Shown here in pieces: positions 19,925 to 29,297 of a stretch of 64,000 nt of DNA. Position 1 is the stretch's first letter; each line of letters begins with the position of its first letter. Below the pieces are notes generated by a model. It was given only the letters and a program-made list of their open reading frames with translations. It searched no databases and was not told where the DNA came from. Made by a program: the position numbers and the translations under genes. Source of the stretch: a virus; IMG/VR virus record IMGVR_UViG_3300040856_003274, positions 1 to 64,000 of that record; one strand, written 5' to 3'.

Positions 19925-20129
19925 AGCACTCTTGATAGTTGTTTCAATATCCGTTCTTCTGAGCGGAGGGTCTTACGCAGAGAAGCAAAAGCCAGTCTCT
20001 GCGGGCAGTCGTAAAGACCCTCTCCTAGAGTGTCTCAACACAATAGACGCACGTTACAAGATCGCGATTAAAGAAGTTACTCAGGTAGAGGAAAACTTTA
20101 AGGCGCTCTTAGGTAAAGAAACGCCTTAA
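19896..20129 (+). CDS. small exported/membrane hypothetical protein
   Basis: signal-peptide-like N-terminus, AGGAGG RBS. Confidence 0.55.
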   Translation: MSSEKHLGSKALLIVVSISVLLSGGSYAEKQKPVSAGSRKDPLLECLNTIDARYKIAIKEVTQVEENFKALLGKETP

Positions 20130-20206
20130 CGGTCTTGACGGTTGTCTTTAGCTAGTGCTATCTCTGATTACCCTTTGTAACCTCCAATCTTAAAGGAAAT
20201 AAGATT

Positions 20207-20449
20207 ATGTCAGAGATGAAACTTACCGCTGAAGAGATGGCTCAAATCCAAGAATATCGAAGCCGCATCAACTCCTTGTTGGCTGAGGTGGGCTCTCTCG
20301 AAATGCGTAAGGCGCAAACGCTCGACCTCGTAAATCAAAACGACAAGCTCGCTTCAGAGTACGTCCGTAATGTTCGAGCTCGCCTCGGCATTGCTGAGAA
20401 CGCCCGTATGGAGATCAATCCTGAGGGTAATGTTACGGTTACTGAGTAA
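20207..20449 (+). CDS. hypothetical protein
   Basis: 80 aa helical, AAGGA RBS. Confidence 0.7.
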   Translation: MSEMKLTAEEMAQIQEYRSRINSLLAEVGSLEMRKAQTLDLVNQNDKLASEYVRNVRARLGIAENARMEINPEGNVTVTE

Positions 20450-20823
20450 TGAGACACCTCAAGCCTCTATTCTTTGAGCACTCCAAGATACCTGTGTGGT
20501 TATCGAAGGTGTCTCCGATAGAGATAGAGGCGATCACGCTCTTTTGCTTTGTATTCTCTAGGGGTGAAGCAGAAGAGCGCCTGAGAAGGCATGAGACGAT
20601 CCATTTCCAGCAATACCTAGAGACGTTCGTAATAGGCTTCCTCTTAATCTACCTGTTCGAGTTTCTCTACCTCGCGATCATTAAGCGCATGGGCTTCACA
20701 AAAGAGGCTTACAGAGCGATCCGCTTCGAGCAAGAAGCGTATGACTGCGATGTGTATATAAACTATTTAGAATGTAGAAACCGCTATGCGTGGAAAAGTG
20801 TATATAAGCTAGGCGGAGAGTAG
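20449..20823 (+). CDS. hypothetical membrane protein with HExxH motif
   Basis: RHETIHFQQ...FEQEAY zincin-like pattern. Confidence 0.65.
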   Translation: MRHLKPLFFEHSKIPVWLSKVSPIEIEAITLFCFVFSRGEAEERLRRHETIHFQQYLETFVIGFLLIYLFEFLYLAIIKRMGFTKEAYRAIRFEQEAYDCDVYINYLECRNRYAWKSVYKLGGE

Positions 20824-20824
20824 C

Positions 20825-20947
20825 TTGACCTCTCACCCTGCGCTATACGCTTTCTTTAGCGAGGTATCTCCTGAAGACTTCATCGCCCTTGTCTTCATAG
20901 CGTTAATATTTTGGGCTTTTTACATTATCCTTGAGAGGAAGATATGA
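20825..20947 (+). CDS. 40-aa single-TM protein (below the ORF-track cutoff)
   Basis: TTG start after GGAGAG, MTSHPALYAFFSEVSPEDFIALVFIALIFWAFYIILERKI, ATGA overlap with the next gene. Confidence 0.55.
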   Translation: MTSHPALYAFFSEVSPEDFIALVFIALIFWAFYIILERKI

Positions 20948-21222
20948 GCGTTTACGGTCAAAAGCTGAATACAAGGCTGTATTGTAAGGATGGTTTCAGT
21001 TTCTCTATCCAGGCATCTGCGAGTCACTACTGCAAACCTCGTGAAGATAACCCAGCCCCGTACCCCTACATTCAGTATGAGATTGGTGATCCGACTAAGT
21101 ATGAGCCGTTGCTTGCACCTTACCACAGTAAGAATGATGGGAGTGGTATTTATGCGTGGGTTCCCGTTGATGTGATCAATGACATGATTGACAAGCATGG
21201 AGGTTTGCGGGAATGGGTATAG
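20944..21222 (+). CDS. conserved phage-type hypothetical protein
   Basis: CKDGFSFSIQAS..HYC.PR...YAWVP...I.KHGG. Confidence 0.7.
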   Translation: MSVYGQKLNTRLYCKDGFSFSIQASASHYCKPREDNPAPYPYIQYEIGDPTKYEPLLAPYHSKNDGSGIYAWVPVDVINDMIDKHGGLREWV

Positions 21223-22199
21223 TTAAGAAACTAGGCACTCTAGCCACTACATTCAAAAAAGAAGATCACAATGAGTTTGAGCTGAATAAAATCAGAGCCT
21301 CTCTTGAGGTGCTTTTAGAGAAGATTGAGGGGGAAGCCCCTGCTCCCAGTGATGGTGAGAAAGAGCAGGCTCAACGTGAACGCTCTTTCAACTCTTTAAC
21401 TGCTAAAGAGTGGGCTCGCCTCAGCAGAAATGTATGGCGAGACTTGTCTCCCCTTAGGTCAAGAGAGAAGAAGTTACACGGGGCGACTTTCCCCAAGCCT
21501 TTGTCAGACCGCCTAATTAAAATGTATAGCAAAGAGGGTGATCTTGTTTTCGACCCTTTCTTAGGTACTGGTACTACCCTTATCTCGGCTAAACAGCTAA
21601 ATCGTCATGGTGTAGGGATTGAGCTAAATGAGACATACTTCAGTTATGCTTCTAACTTGATCGGTATGCCTGACTTGTTCTCTACCTCTAATATTTGCGC
21701 CCATAATGACGACTGTCGGCATCTTGAAAAGTATTTAGAGGATGGGTCGGTTCAACTGACGGTGACCTCTCCCCCATACGCTGACTTCATCCAAAAGTCA
21801 TTAGAAGATAGGGAAAAGGTGCATAAGACCTCTTTAATCAAAACTAAAAACAACTCCACAGTGAGGCAGTATTCAGACTCCGAAAACGACTTCGGTAACC
21901 TATCTTACCAAGACTTTTTGTGTCAGATAGAGGGTGTCTTAAGCTCCCTTTATAAGAAAACAAAAACAGGTGGGTACGGCGCATGGGTGGTGAAGGATTA
22001 TAGGGACACAAAAAATGGTATCTCCTACATCGACTTCCACTCAGATTTGGCGAGGGTGGGTCAGTCTGTGGGGTTTGAGTACCACGACCTTATTGTTTGG
22101 GATCAAAACGAAAATAGGAGCTTGGTGCTCTTAGGGTATCCCTCTACTTTTTATACCAATCAAAACTGTAGTTTCATCGTAGTGTTCAGGAAGAAATAA
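21213..22199 (+). CDS. amino-DNA methyltransferase (N4-C/N6-A family, SPPY type)
   Basis: H.ATFP...DPFLGTGTT (motif I), GIELN, TSPPY (motif IV). Confidence 0.88.
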   Translation: MGIVKKLGTLATTFKKEDHNEFELNKIRASLEVLLEKIEGEAPAPSDGEKEQAQRERSFNSLTAKEWARLSRNVWRDLSPLRSREKKLHGATFPKPLSDRLIKMYSKEGDLVFDPFLGTGTTLISAKQLNRHGVGIELNETYFSYASNLIGMPDLFSTSNICAHNDDCRHLEKYLEDGSVQLTVTSPPYADFIQKSLEDREKVHKTSLIKTKNNSTVRQYSDSENDFGNLSYQDFLCQIEGVLSSLYKKTKTGGYGAWVVKDYRDTKNGISYIDFHSDLARVGQSVGFEYHDLIVWDQNENRSLVLLGYPSTFYTNQNCSFIVVFRKK

Positions 22200-22512
22200 T
22201 CTCCCTCCCTCTACACCACTGCGAGTCCTCAAGCGTCCAATGTAACCTTTGGCGACCTCTTTTGCGCTTCAGGGCTCTCTCAGCTTTCATCGCCTCAGAG
22301 CGGTCTGCATATGTGCCATAAGTACACATGAGCTTCCAGGGACGGTGCTTTGCCGTATAGCGCCCACCTCCTTTGATCTCACCGTTGTGTTGCCTCAAGC
22401 GTCGATGCACATCTGTGGTACAGCCCACATAGAAGAAACCTTCGGCAGGCTTCCCGCTTGCGGTTTTTCTCATCTGCTGGCTCTGTATTACGTAGACAAC
22501 CCATTCGCTCAT
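22186..22512 (-). CDS. GIY-YIG nuclease (SLX1-like)
   Basis: VYVIQS...YVGCTTD..RRLRQHNGEIKGG..YT...RPW. Confidence 0.88.
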   Translation of the reverse strand: MSEWVVYVIQSQQMRKTASGKPAEGFFYVGCTTDVHRRLRQHNGEIKGGGRYTAKHRPWKLMCTYGTYADRSEAMKAERALKRKRGRQRLHWTLEDSQWCRGREIISS

Positions 22513-22568
22513 ACCTTTTCCTCCTATAAGCCACACTTATTTGAACCCTCTATAAGTGGAGTGCTCTT

Positions 22569-23984
22569 ATGGCAGATCATGGTTGGACTAGTGACAGTGC
22601 GGGCTACGTAGGTCTTTCTTACCCTTTGCCCCCTCAGAACGTAAACCTAATCAATCCTCTCATCAAGGGAGCTTTTGATTTGAGGTGGGATGACCCTAAT
22701 CTTATCTCCTCTAATACTTCTTTTGAGGTTATCGGTGTTAACATCTATCGTTCAGTTGCCAGCGACAGAGGCCCCTATGATATTGTTAACGCTCTTCCCG
22801 TAGGCGGTAACTACTACCGAGATCAGACAGAGGAGTTTCTTGTCGAAGATGAGGAGATCATTTGGGACAGTAGTTACGTCTCGAAAGGGGAGGCGAAAGA
22901 CCACCACGTCTATAAGATTAGGACAGCACATAAGATTAGTAAGCGAGGCTTTAATGAAGTCTACGCTAACTCACCTGACGATGTAGTCTTGAAGATAGAC
23001 GGGCGCGTCGTCCCTGTCCATGCGGTGTTTGGTGTTACTTGTGAGATTACGCTCATCAACACAACCTTCCTCGATCCGATCACCCAAAAGCATATAGGGC
23101 CTTTCTTACCTGATGAGAATACTTCGGTTACGGTCACTTATTACGCTAAAGGTAATATTATCAGTACGGTGCTCGACAGGAAGACCTTTTACCGCATCTC
23201 TACCGTGGCGCGTGACCCTAATGACCAGCAAAGCACCGTCGAGACTCCTTTAGAGCTATGCCAGCCTGTCAACAATATGGACGTGGAGAAGGTTGATTGG
23301 ATATGGAGAGAGGCGATTAGGCGCAACGCTTATATTCTTGACCAAGGCGGGGAAAGAGCGATGCTGTTTGTCCGTAAGACTTCAGGCACAAAGTGCTATT
23401 GTGGTTGGGATGAGGAGACTGTTGAATACTCCAAACAACCTTCTCAAAGGTGCATGATATGTTTTGGGACAGGGATTGAAGGAGGCTACGAAGGGCCTTA
23501 TGAGATACTCATCGCACCCGATGACACTGAGCGTAGGATTAGTCAAAGCGACAGAGGGAGGCGTAAAGAGCACACTTATGAAGTATGGATCGGCCCCACT
23601 CCTGTGGTGAGTCAGCGCGACTTTATCGTGAAGCAGACCAATGAGAGGTACTCCATTGGCCCTGTCCGTAGACCATCTAATCGTGGTGTTTTCTTACAAC
23701 AACATTTCAATATTGCTTATCTTGATGAGCAGGACATACGCTACTCTATCCCAATAGACTTGAGCGCCCTCAAGTTTCCTCAGACAAGGACAATGGACAC
23801 ACCTGAGGGTGTAGAGGGTTATTACGCGACACCGCTTAGACCTGATGGTTATGAGTACCCTCCTGTAGTTGGTATAGGAGAGAACATTGTCGCTCCTATG
23901 ATTACAGATGATAGTAAGCAGAGCATTGAGAACGCCAAGCGCGGGCGCACGCCCGCGTGGGCGCACACGAATAAGAATAACTGA
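22569..23984 (+). CDS. putative virion neck/head-completion protein
   Basis: 471 aa, FN3-like N-terminus, CxC...CxxC motif; first gene of the morphogenesis cluster. Confidence 0.5.
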   Translation: MADHGWTSDSAGYVGLSYPLPPQNVNLINPLIKGAFDLRWDDPNLISSNTSFEVIGVNIYRSVASDRGPYDIVNALPVGGNYYRDQTEEFLVEDEEIIWDSSYVSKGEAKDHHVYKIRTAHKISKRGFNEVYANSPDDVVLKIDGRVVPVHAVFGVTCEITLINTTFLDPITQKHIGPFLPDENTSVTVTYYAKGNIISTVLDRKTFYRISTVARDPNDQQSTVETPLELCQPVNNMDVEKVDWIWREAIRRNAYILDQGGERAMLFVRKTSGTKCYCGWDEETVEYSKQPSQRCMICFGTGIEGGYEGPYEILIAPDDTERRISQSDRGRRKEHTYEVWIGPTPVVSQRDFIVKQTNERYSIGPVRRPSNRGVFLQQHFNIAYLDEQDIRYSIPIDLSALKFPQTRTMDTPEGVEGYYATPLRPDGYEYPPVVGIGENIVAPMITDDSKQSIENAKRGRTPAWAHTNKNN

Positions 23985-23994
23985 GGTTAATATT

Positions 23995-24600
23995 ATGGGG
24001 TCGTCGTATAAGATTATACGCAAGAAGATTAACTTTTATGAGGTGCTCTTAGACTTCGAGAATGAAGCGGAGCGCGATAAAACCTTTCTGTACATCCTCA
24101 GAGAGACTTTAGATCAGGTGATCAGTATTGACCAAGTGAAGGGGAAGCTCCCTAGAGATAAAAACTTTAAGTTTGTCACTTATATGAGAGACGGCACTTT
24201 CCTATTTGAAAGCTCCGACGAGTCTCTGAATGCGTACCTAAGTGACGGTGGGGGGCAGAGAACAGGGTCTTGGGAGATCGGCCCCAAGACAGGTCGGGTC
24301 ATGCGTAGGAGGCGAGCTTTTAAGGATAAGAAAAGTGGAAAGTGGCGCATGGTAGATGGCCCGACTCGGATGAACCGTGTGCCTATTAGGATTAAGGCTC
24401 GCGACGGTAGGATGATATGGCGCATGGCTCCTCTTCAGATTGGGGAAGGGAAGAGGAAGCGATGGGTACATCCAGGCATTAACAAAAACAATTTTATCGA
24501 CCGATCAATCGACCTTGCCACAAGAATATTTTACACTAACCCGATTGCGAGGCGGAAGGCTTTAGGTCAAGTTAGAGGCTCTTCTATTACAATGAGGTAA
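23995..24600 (+). CDS. basic hypothetical (possible neck) protein
   Basis: GAGG RBS before the ATG at 23995; WVHPG motif. Confidence 0.6.
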   Translation: MGSSYKIIRKKINFYEVLLDFENEAERDKTFLYILRETLDQVISIDQVKGKLPRDKNFKFVTYMRDGTFLFESSDESLNAYLSDGGGQRTGSWEIGPKTGRVMRRRRAFKDKKSGKWRMVDGPTRMNRVPIRIKARDGRMIWRMAPLQIGEGKRKRWVHPGINKNNFIDRSIDLATRIFYTNPIARRKALGQVRGSSITMR

Positions 24601-24604
24601 GATT

Positions 24605-25309
24605 ATGAAAGTTAAGATTAGGTGTGAGTGTGTCTCTCTAAGAATACCTGACTTAGGTATCATTATGATTAGAGGCGAAGACAGAATAGTAGACAGCCAC
24701 TCGTTTACGACCTCTAAGTTTTTATCTAGGGCTTTAGACAGCGGGGCGGTGAGAGTCTTAGACGGCTCGAAACCAATAGAGAAGATACAAAACACTAAAG
24801 ACCTGATGGAGTACCTAAACTTGAGTAAAGATATGAGAGCACAGAGGTTAAATGAAGCTCCTACGCTTAGAGAGTTAGGGCGCTTACAGGACACCGTAAA
24901 GATGTTGTCTGATAAGCTAGACCAGCTACAACAAGCTCCAGCAACCGTTGAGGTTAGGGAGAAGGTTGTTGTTAAAGAAGTCCCTGCACCTCAGCAAGAG
25001 AGCGCATTAAGTATAGAATTACTACAGGCGCTGATGGATAAGGTGGATAAGATTAGCTCAGCCCCCCCTCAAGTGGTAACTCAGTATGTGACAGCACAAG
25101 AAACACAAGCCTCCCTCAGTCCTGATGTGGTAGACGAAGGTGATATGGTTTTTATACCTAAAACTATAAGCAATAGTAGTCTTGAGGCTGACGTTAAGGT
25201 ATCTTCTAACAAGTCTGAGGCAAGCTCATCTTTTGAAGAGGCTTCTAAGGCTCTGAAATCTCGACCCAAGCGTAGTAAACGCAAGAAAAATACAGGAGAC
25301 TCTAAATGA
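24605..25309 (+). CDS. hypothetical protein with coiled coil and basic tail
   Basis: 234-aa ORF coupled (ATGA) to the actin-like gene. Confidence 0.7.
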   Translation: MKVKIRCECVSLRIPDLGIIMIRGEDRIVDSHSFTTSKFLSRALDSGAVRVLDGSKPIEKIQNTKDLMEYLNLSKDMRAQRLNEAPTLRELGRLQDTVKMLSDKLDQLQQAPATVEVREKVVVKEVPAPQQESALSIELLQALMDKVDKISSAPPQVVTQYVTAQETQASLSPDVVDEGDMVFIPKTISNSSLEADVKVSSNKSEASSSFEEASKALKSRPKRSKRKKNTGDSK

Positions 25310-26343
25310 GTGACGACAACAGCAACAGCAAGGGTAAAACCCGTAAGTTTTCTTTAGGTGTTGGACTCGATGTAGGAACGATGAACCTTGTGTCTGCAAG
25401 GAAATACGCGTCAGGCATTGAGACTAAGCGCATCCGAGACGCTTTTCTCGATCTCCCTCCAACCTCTAAGAAGATGCTCAAGCTCTCAGGCGTGAGCTAC
25501 GTAGAGCGAGAGGATGAGCTTCTAATCTTAGGAGATGCGGCTCTCGACACCGCTAATATATTTGGTAAAGAGGCTCGTCGCCCTCTCCAAGACGGGCTTG
25601 TTTCTTCTAACGAGGTAGACTCACTTGAGGTACTTGCCCTTCTCGTTAAGAATGTGCTTGGCGACCCGATGGATGAGGATGAAGTTTGCTACTTCTCAGT
25701 ACCAGCCGCACCTATTGACCAACCTAATCGCGACGTAATCTACCACCAAGGTGTGTTTGAGCGTATCATTAGCGAGTGTGGATTTGAGCCGATTGCATCT
25801 AATGAGGCAATGGCGGTAATCTTTGCCGAGACTGCAAAAGAAAACTTCAGCGGTATTGGCATCTCGTTTGGTAGCGGTATGACTAATGTGGCGCTTGCGG
25901 TAAACTCTATTGAGGGGCTCAGCTTCTCAGTAGCTCGCGGTGGCGATTGGATTGACAAGGGCGCAAGCTCATCTATCGGCTCAACAGCGGCGCGTATTTG
26001 TTCAATCAAGGAGAGCGGGATTGACTTGAGCAATCCTCAAAACCGCGAGGAAGAGGCGATTGCGTTTTATTACCGTAATCTTATCTCTTACGCGATTGAT
26101 AACATCGCCAAGCAGTTTAATCTTATAAAGAACCAGTTTGCTTTGCCCAAGCCGATCCCCATCGTCGTATCAGGCGGTACGAGCTTGGCAGGGGGCTTCA
26201 TGGAGCTCTTTGAGGAAGTGTTTAATAAGAAAAAGAAACGCTTCCCTATTGAGATCACTGAGGTGCGCCATGCGTCTGATCCTTTCAACGCGGTGGCTCA
26301 CGGTATGCTTATCCAAGCTGTGCAAGAGTACGACGAGGATTAA
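25306..26343 (+). CDS. actin-like ATPase (MreB/FtsA/ParM superfamily)
   Basis: phosphate-1 GLDVGT, FSVPA, NEAMA, phosphate-2-like SFGSGMT, GGD, adenosine VVSGGTS, AVAHG. Confidence 0.8.
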   Translation: MSDDNSNSKGKTRKFSLGVGLDVGTMNLVSARKYASGIETKRIRDAFLDLPPTSKKMLKLSGVSYVEREDELLILGDAALDTANIFGKEARRPLQDGLVSSNEVDSLEVLALLVKNVLGDPMDEDEVCYFSVPAAPIDQPNRDVIYHQGVFERIISECGFEPIASNEAMAVIFAETAKENFSGIGISFGSGMTNVALAVNSIEGLSFSVARGGDWIDKGASSSIGSTAARICSIKESGIDLSNPQNREEEAIAFYYRNLISYAIDNIAKQFNLIKNQFALPKPIPIVVSGGTSLAGGFMELFEEVFNKKKKRFPIEITEVRHASDPFNAVAHGMLIQAVQEYDED

Positions 26344-26346
26344 GAT

Positions 26347-27462
26347 ATGTATTATCAGCTAACAGGGGCGGTTAAGCGTAGGTTTATTGAGGAGCTTCGC
26401 AACTATTGGAAGCACCATCCGAAGTACCCTGATCTAGCTGATAACATACAGGGGAAGTACAGTTTTAACGAGCGCCCTCAACATGGGATGATTATTAAGA
26501 CTGGGAGCGCGAGCCGTAATAGTTTATCTGCGGATAACTTTATGGGTAGCGTCCACTCTTATGTGACTCTAGCCGCTTTACAGGGCTCTAAAAGCCAATT
26601 CTTAGAGTGGGTGAGAGAGAACACTCAGATGCTTGCGAAGGGCGCTCCTTTCCCGTCTCCTCCAGGTGTCTACTATCTTGAAATCGCGGATAACTACGAG
26701 TTTTATGTAGACCCTTTGCTGTCTGTGTATGACGAGTCCGTGTTAATGTCTTCGCCTACTGAGGGGGTGTTGTTAAACACTCCTATAGATGGGACTTTGA
26801 GAGTCTTTGAGCTACCCTCTAACCAACCTGTCGAGTTTACTAGAGACGGTGATAAGATTACGTTGGCTCAGCCTTTGACTGCTGGCACGTCTATCTCAGC
26901 GGATTACCGCTACGCAGGTGAGTCTAGAGGGCCGTTCAAATATAAAGAAAACTACTCTAATGTTGATGCGATCCCTGGAGCTATCCTTGTCTTTGGGCGC
27001 AGGGTAGAGGTCGGAGATAAAATGGCTGTGATTGTACAGCCTAAGCGCGACCTCGCTTATCAGGAGTATGGTGGTAAGTGGGAAATGTCTGTAGATATTG
27101 AGGTGCTTGCAAGAGATGTTTATGCTCAGCAAGAAATCTCAGACCAGTCTCTTGTTTATTTGTGGGCGATCTTAAGGACGCTCTTATCTAAAGAGGGGAT
27201 CGAGATCACGGACGTGAGTCTCGGAGGGGAGTCCGAAGAGGTATATGACGAGAACGGAGATGACTACTTTTATAACGGCAGTCTCTCCATCAGCTTGACA
27301 ACGGAATGGGCGATACAGTTACCTGTTTACGCTGAGATTAAGTCTGTCAGTGAGACGTACACTCCTTATAAGGACATGCAGGATTTGAGTGCTTTTGGGC
27401 TCAAACCTTTCTCAGACCCTTTCATTAGGACAACTAAGTTTTCACAAGAGACGATTAGATAG
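26347..27462 (+). CDS. putative tail completion/structural protein
   Basis: 371 aa, position upstream of the sheath; no catalytic motif. Confidence 0.5.
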   Translation: MYYQLTGAVKRRFIEELRNYWKHHPKYPDLADNIQGKYSFNERPQHGMIIKTGSASRNSLSADNFMGSVHSYVTLAALQGSKSQFLEWVRENTQMLAKGAPFPSPPGVYYLEIADNYEFYVDPLLSVYDESVLMSSPTEGVLLNTPIDGTLRVFELPSNQPVEFTRDGDKITLAQPLTAGTSISADYRYAGESRGPFKYKENYSNVDAIPGAILVFGRRVEVGDKMAVIVQPKRDLAYQEYGGKWEMSVDIEVLARDVYAQQEISDQSLVYLWAILRTLLSKEGIEITDVSLGGESEEVYDENGDDYFYNGSLSISLTTEWAIQLPVYAEIKSVSETYTPYKDMQDLSAFGLKPFSDPFIRTTKFSQETIR

Positions 27463-27897
27463 ATGCCGACATATTCTTACTTGTGCCAGCAGTGTGGTTT
27501 ACGATTTAAGAAGAGAGCTCCTAGAGGCTCTAATGAAATGCCGTGTACTAGTTGTAAGTCTAATGCAGAGAGAGAGATGCCTGTTTCCTTTAGTGCTTCT
27601 GTAGAGGTCGCCACTGAAGGCACAGACCCTCAAAACACAGGCAGTAGCTTAGACTATGATTACGACACACTCATTGCGGTAGACAGCAAGAAAAGATGGG
27701 AAGCCGTACATGAGCGCAACATGGCAAAAGAGCAGGTTTTGAGAGATAACCCAAATGCGGATAGGGGAGCACTCTCTCAAAACACTGACGGGTCTTATCG
27801 AGTGATGGACACCTCAGAGAGAGCCTTAAAAGATAAGGTTAGAGAGTCCCATAATCAATTCGTTAAAGATCATCTTCAAAGTCGCAAGCCTCATTAA
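27463..27897 (+). CDS. FmdB-like zinc-ribbon protein with C-terminal extension
   Basis: MPTYSYLCQQCG...CTSC. Confidence 0.75.
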   Translation: MPTYSYLCQQCGLRFKKRAPRGSNEMPCTSCKSNAEREMPVSFSASVEVATEGTDPQNTGSSLDYDYDTLIAVDSKKRWEAVHERNMAKEQVLRDNPNADRGALSQNTDGSYRVMDTSERALKDKVRESHNQFVKDHLQSRKPH

Positions 27898-29170
27898 ACG
27901 CTTCCCTCACTTCTGCGAGGAAGCTACGCTCCTCTGAGGCTTTCTTAGCGACAGGTTTTTTCGATGCCTTTTGAAGGGTCTTCTCAAACTTGTATTGTAG
28001 CTCGATCTCTTTGACTTGCTCAGGAGTGAGGTTTTTGAGGTCATCAAAAGCCTGCTCGACAGCTTCCCCGTATGCTACGTACATCTTTAAGATTAGAGCG
28101 AAAAGCTCAGCTTCATACTTCTCTTGCTCGGTCTTAACACCAGCTTTTTTGAAGCAGTTTTTCTTTTGAAGGTCTGTAATCCCGCTACAGTCTACTCCCA
28201 TTAACTCGTCAATCTTTTGGACTTTCTCTTTAGCATAGCGCCCTACGGCATTTGTAATGAATGCACCTACCGCACCTCCGAGAGGGCCAAAGGCTACAGT
28301 ACAGCCTACACCGACAGCAACGTCAGTATATTTCATCAAAACATCGGAGACTGCCCTAAGAGAAGCTCTTTTCTTCTCTACAGTCTCTTTGTGTTTTTGA
28401 AATTTGTCTCTAGCTTCATCAAGCGTTCGCTTTGCACCTTTAGGCCCCGCTCTCTGAGCTTTCGTCAGCTTCTTGTCCTTCTTTTTAGGTCTAGCCGTGT
28501 TTAATGCCGTGTCTAATAGGAAAGAGGCGAACTGCATCCACTGCTTGCCTTCTTCCTTGACGGCTTTCTTTAGGTCTTTTGCGCTGAAGAGGTTTTTAGC
28601 TTCTTTAGCCGCTTTTTCATATGCCTTAGCGTCCTCAAAGCCTAGTGCTCTACTCGTAGCCTCTTTAGCAAATTGGCTTGCTGTACCTAATCCGCGTCCT
28701 CTAAGCCTTTTGGCGGCATCCCCTTTTAGTTTGTATTTTATACGTTTACCTTTGCCCTTACCTCTACCGCCTACAGTGACCTTTACCTCGCTCTTTTTTC
28801 CTTCGCCCTCCTTTCCTTCGCTCTTCTTTCCTTCACCCTCCTTTCCTTCGCCTCCCTCACCTTCAGAAGATTTACCTTTCTTCTTCTGTTGTTTTTTCCA
28901 CCGATCATACCACTTGTCCATGATCTCTTTGTGTTTCTCGTTCGTATAAGGGTCTAAAGAGGTGATGAGCACTTCGTTACCTGTGTCAGGGTTGCGCTCT
29001 TTAATCTCCATCTTCCTTACGTCTTGAAGAAAGTCTGTAGGGTAAGTGACTCCACTTTTCCCTCTACCCTTGGAGCCTTTAGATTTAGAGCCTTTTCCTA
29101 TATAGTACCGCTTGAGCGATGAGGGTGCTCTCATTCTCTTGGGGGTAGTCTTTGCTGTTCTTTCAAACAT
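27863..29170 (-). CDS. lysine-rich hypothetical protein (possible internal virion protein)
   Basis: K/G-rich, GEGKEGEGKKSE repeats, glycine-zipper-like hydrophobic segment, RTAK/KKAS motifs. Confidence 0.7.
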   Translation of the reverse strand: MFERTAKTTPKRMRAPSSLKRYYIGKGSKSKGSKGRGKSGVTYPTDFLQDVRKMEIKERNPDTGNEVLITSLDPYTNEKHKEIMDKWYDRWKKQQKKKGKSSEGEGGEGKEGEGKKSEGKEGEGKKSEVKVTVGGRGKGKGKRIKYKLKGDAAKRLRGRGLGTASQFAKEATSRALGFEDAKAYEKAAKEAKNLFSAKDLKKAVKEEGKQWMQFASFLLDTALNTARPKKKDKKLTKAQRAGPKGAKRTLDEARDKFQKHKETVEKKRASLRAVSDVLMKYTDVAVGVGCTVAFGPLGGAVGAFITNAVGRYAKEKVQKIDELMGVDCSGITDLQKKNCFKKAGVKTEQEKYEAELFALILKMYVAYGEAVEQAFDDLKNLTPEQVKEIELQYKFEKTLQKASKKPVAKKASEERSFLAEVREAFNEACDFEDDL

Positions 29171-29297
29171 TCCGACCTCTCTTTAAGCTACTTCATTCAC
29201 TATTCGTTATATTCTCACGCCATTATTAAATGACTAAGGCATACTCCTTAGAGAGCATCACCACACCGCGCTTAACCTTACATAATGGAGTCGAAAG

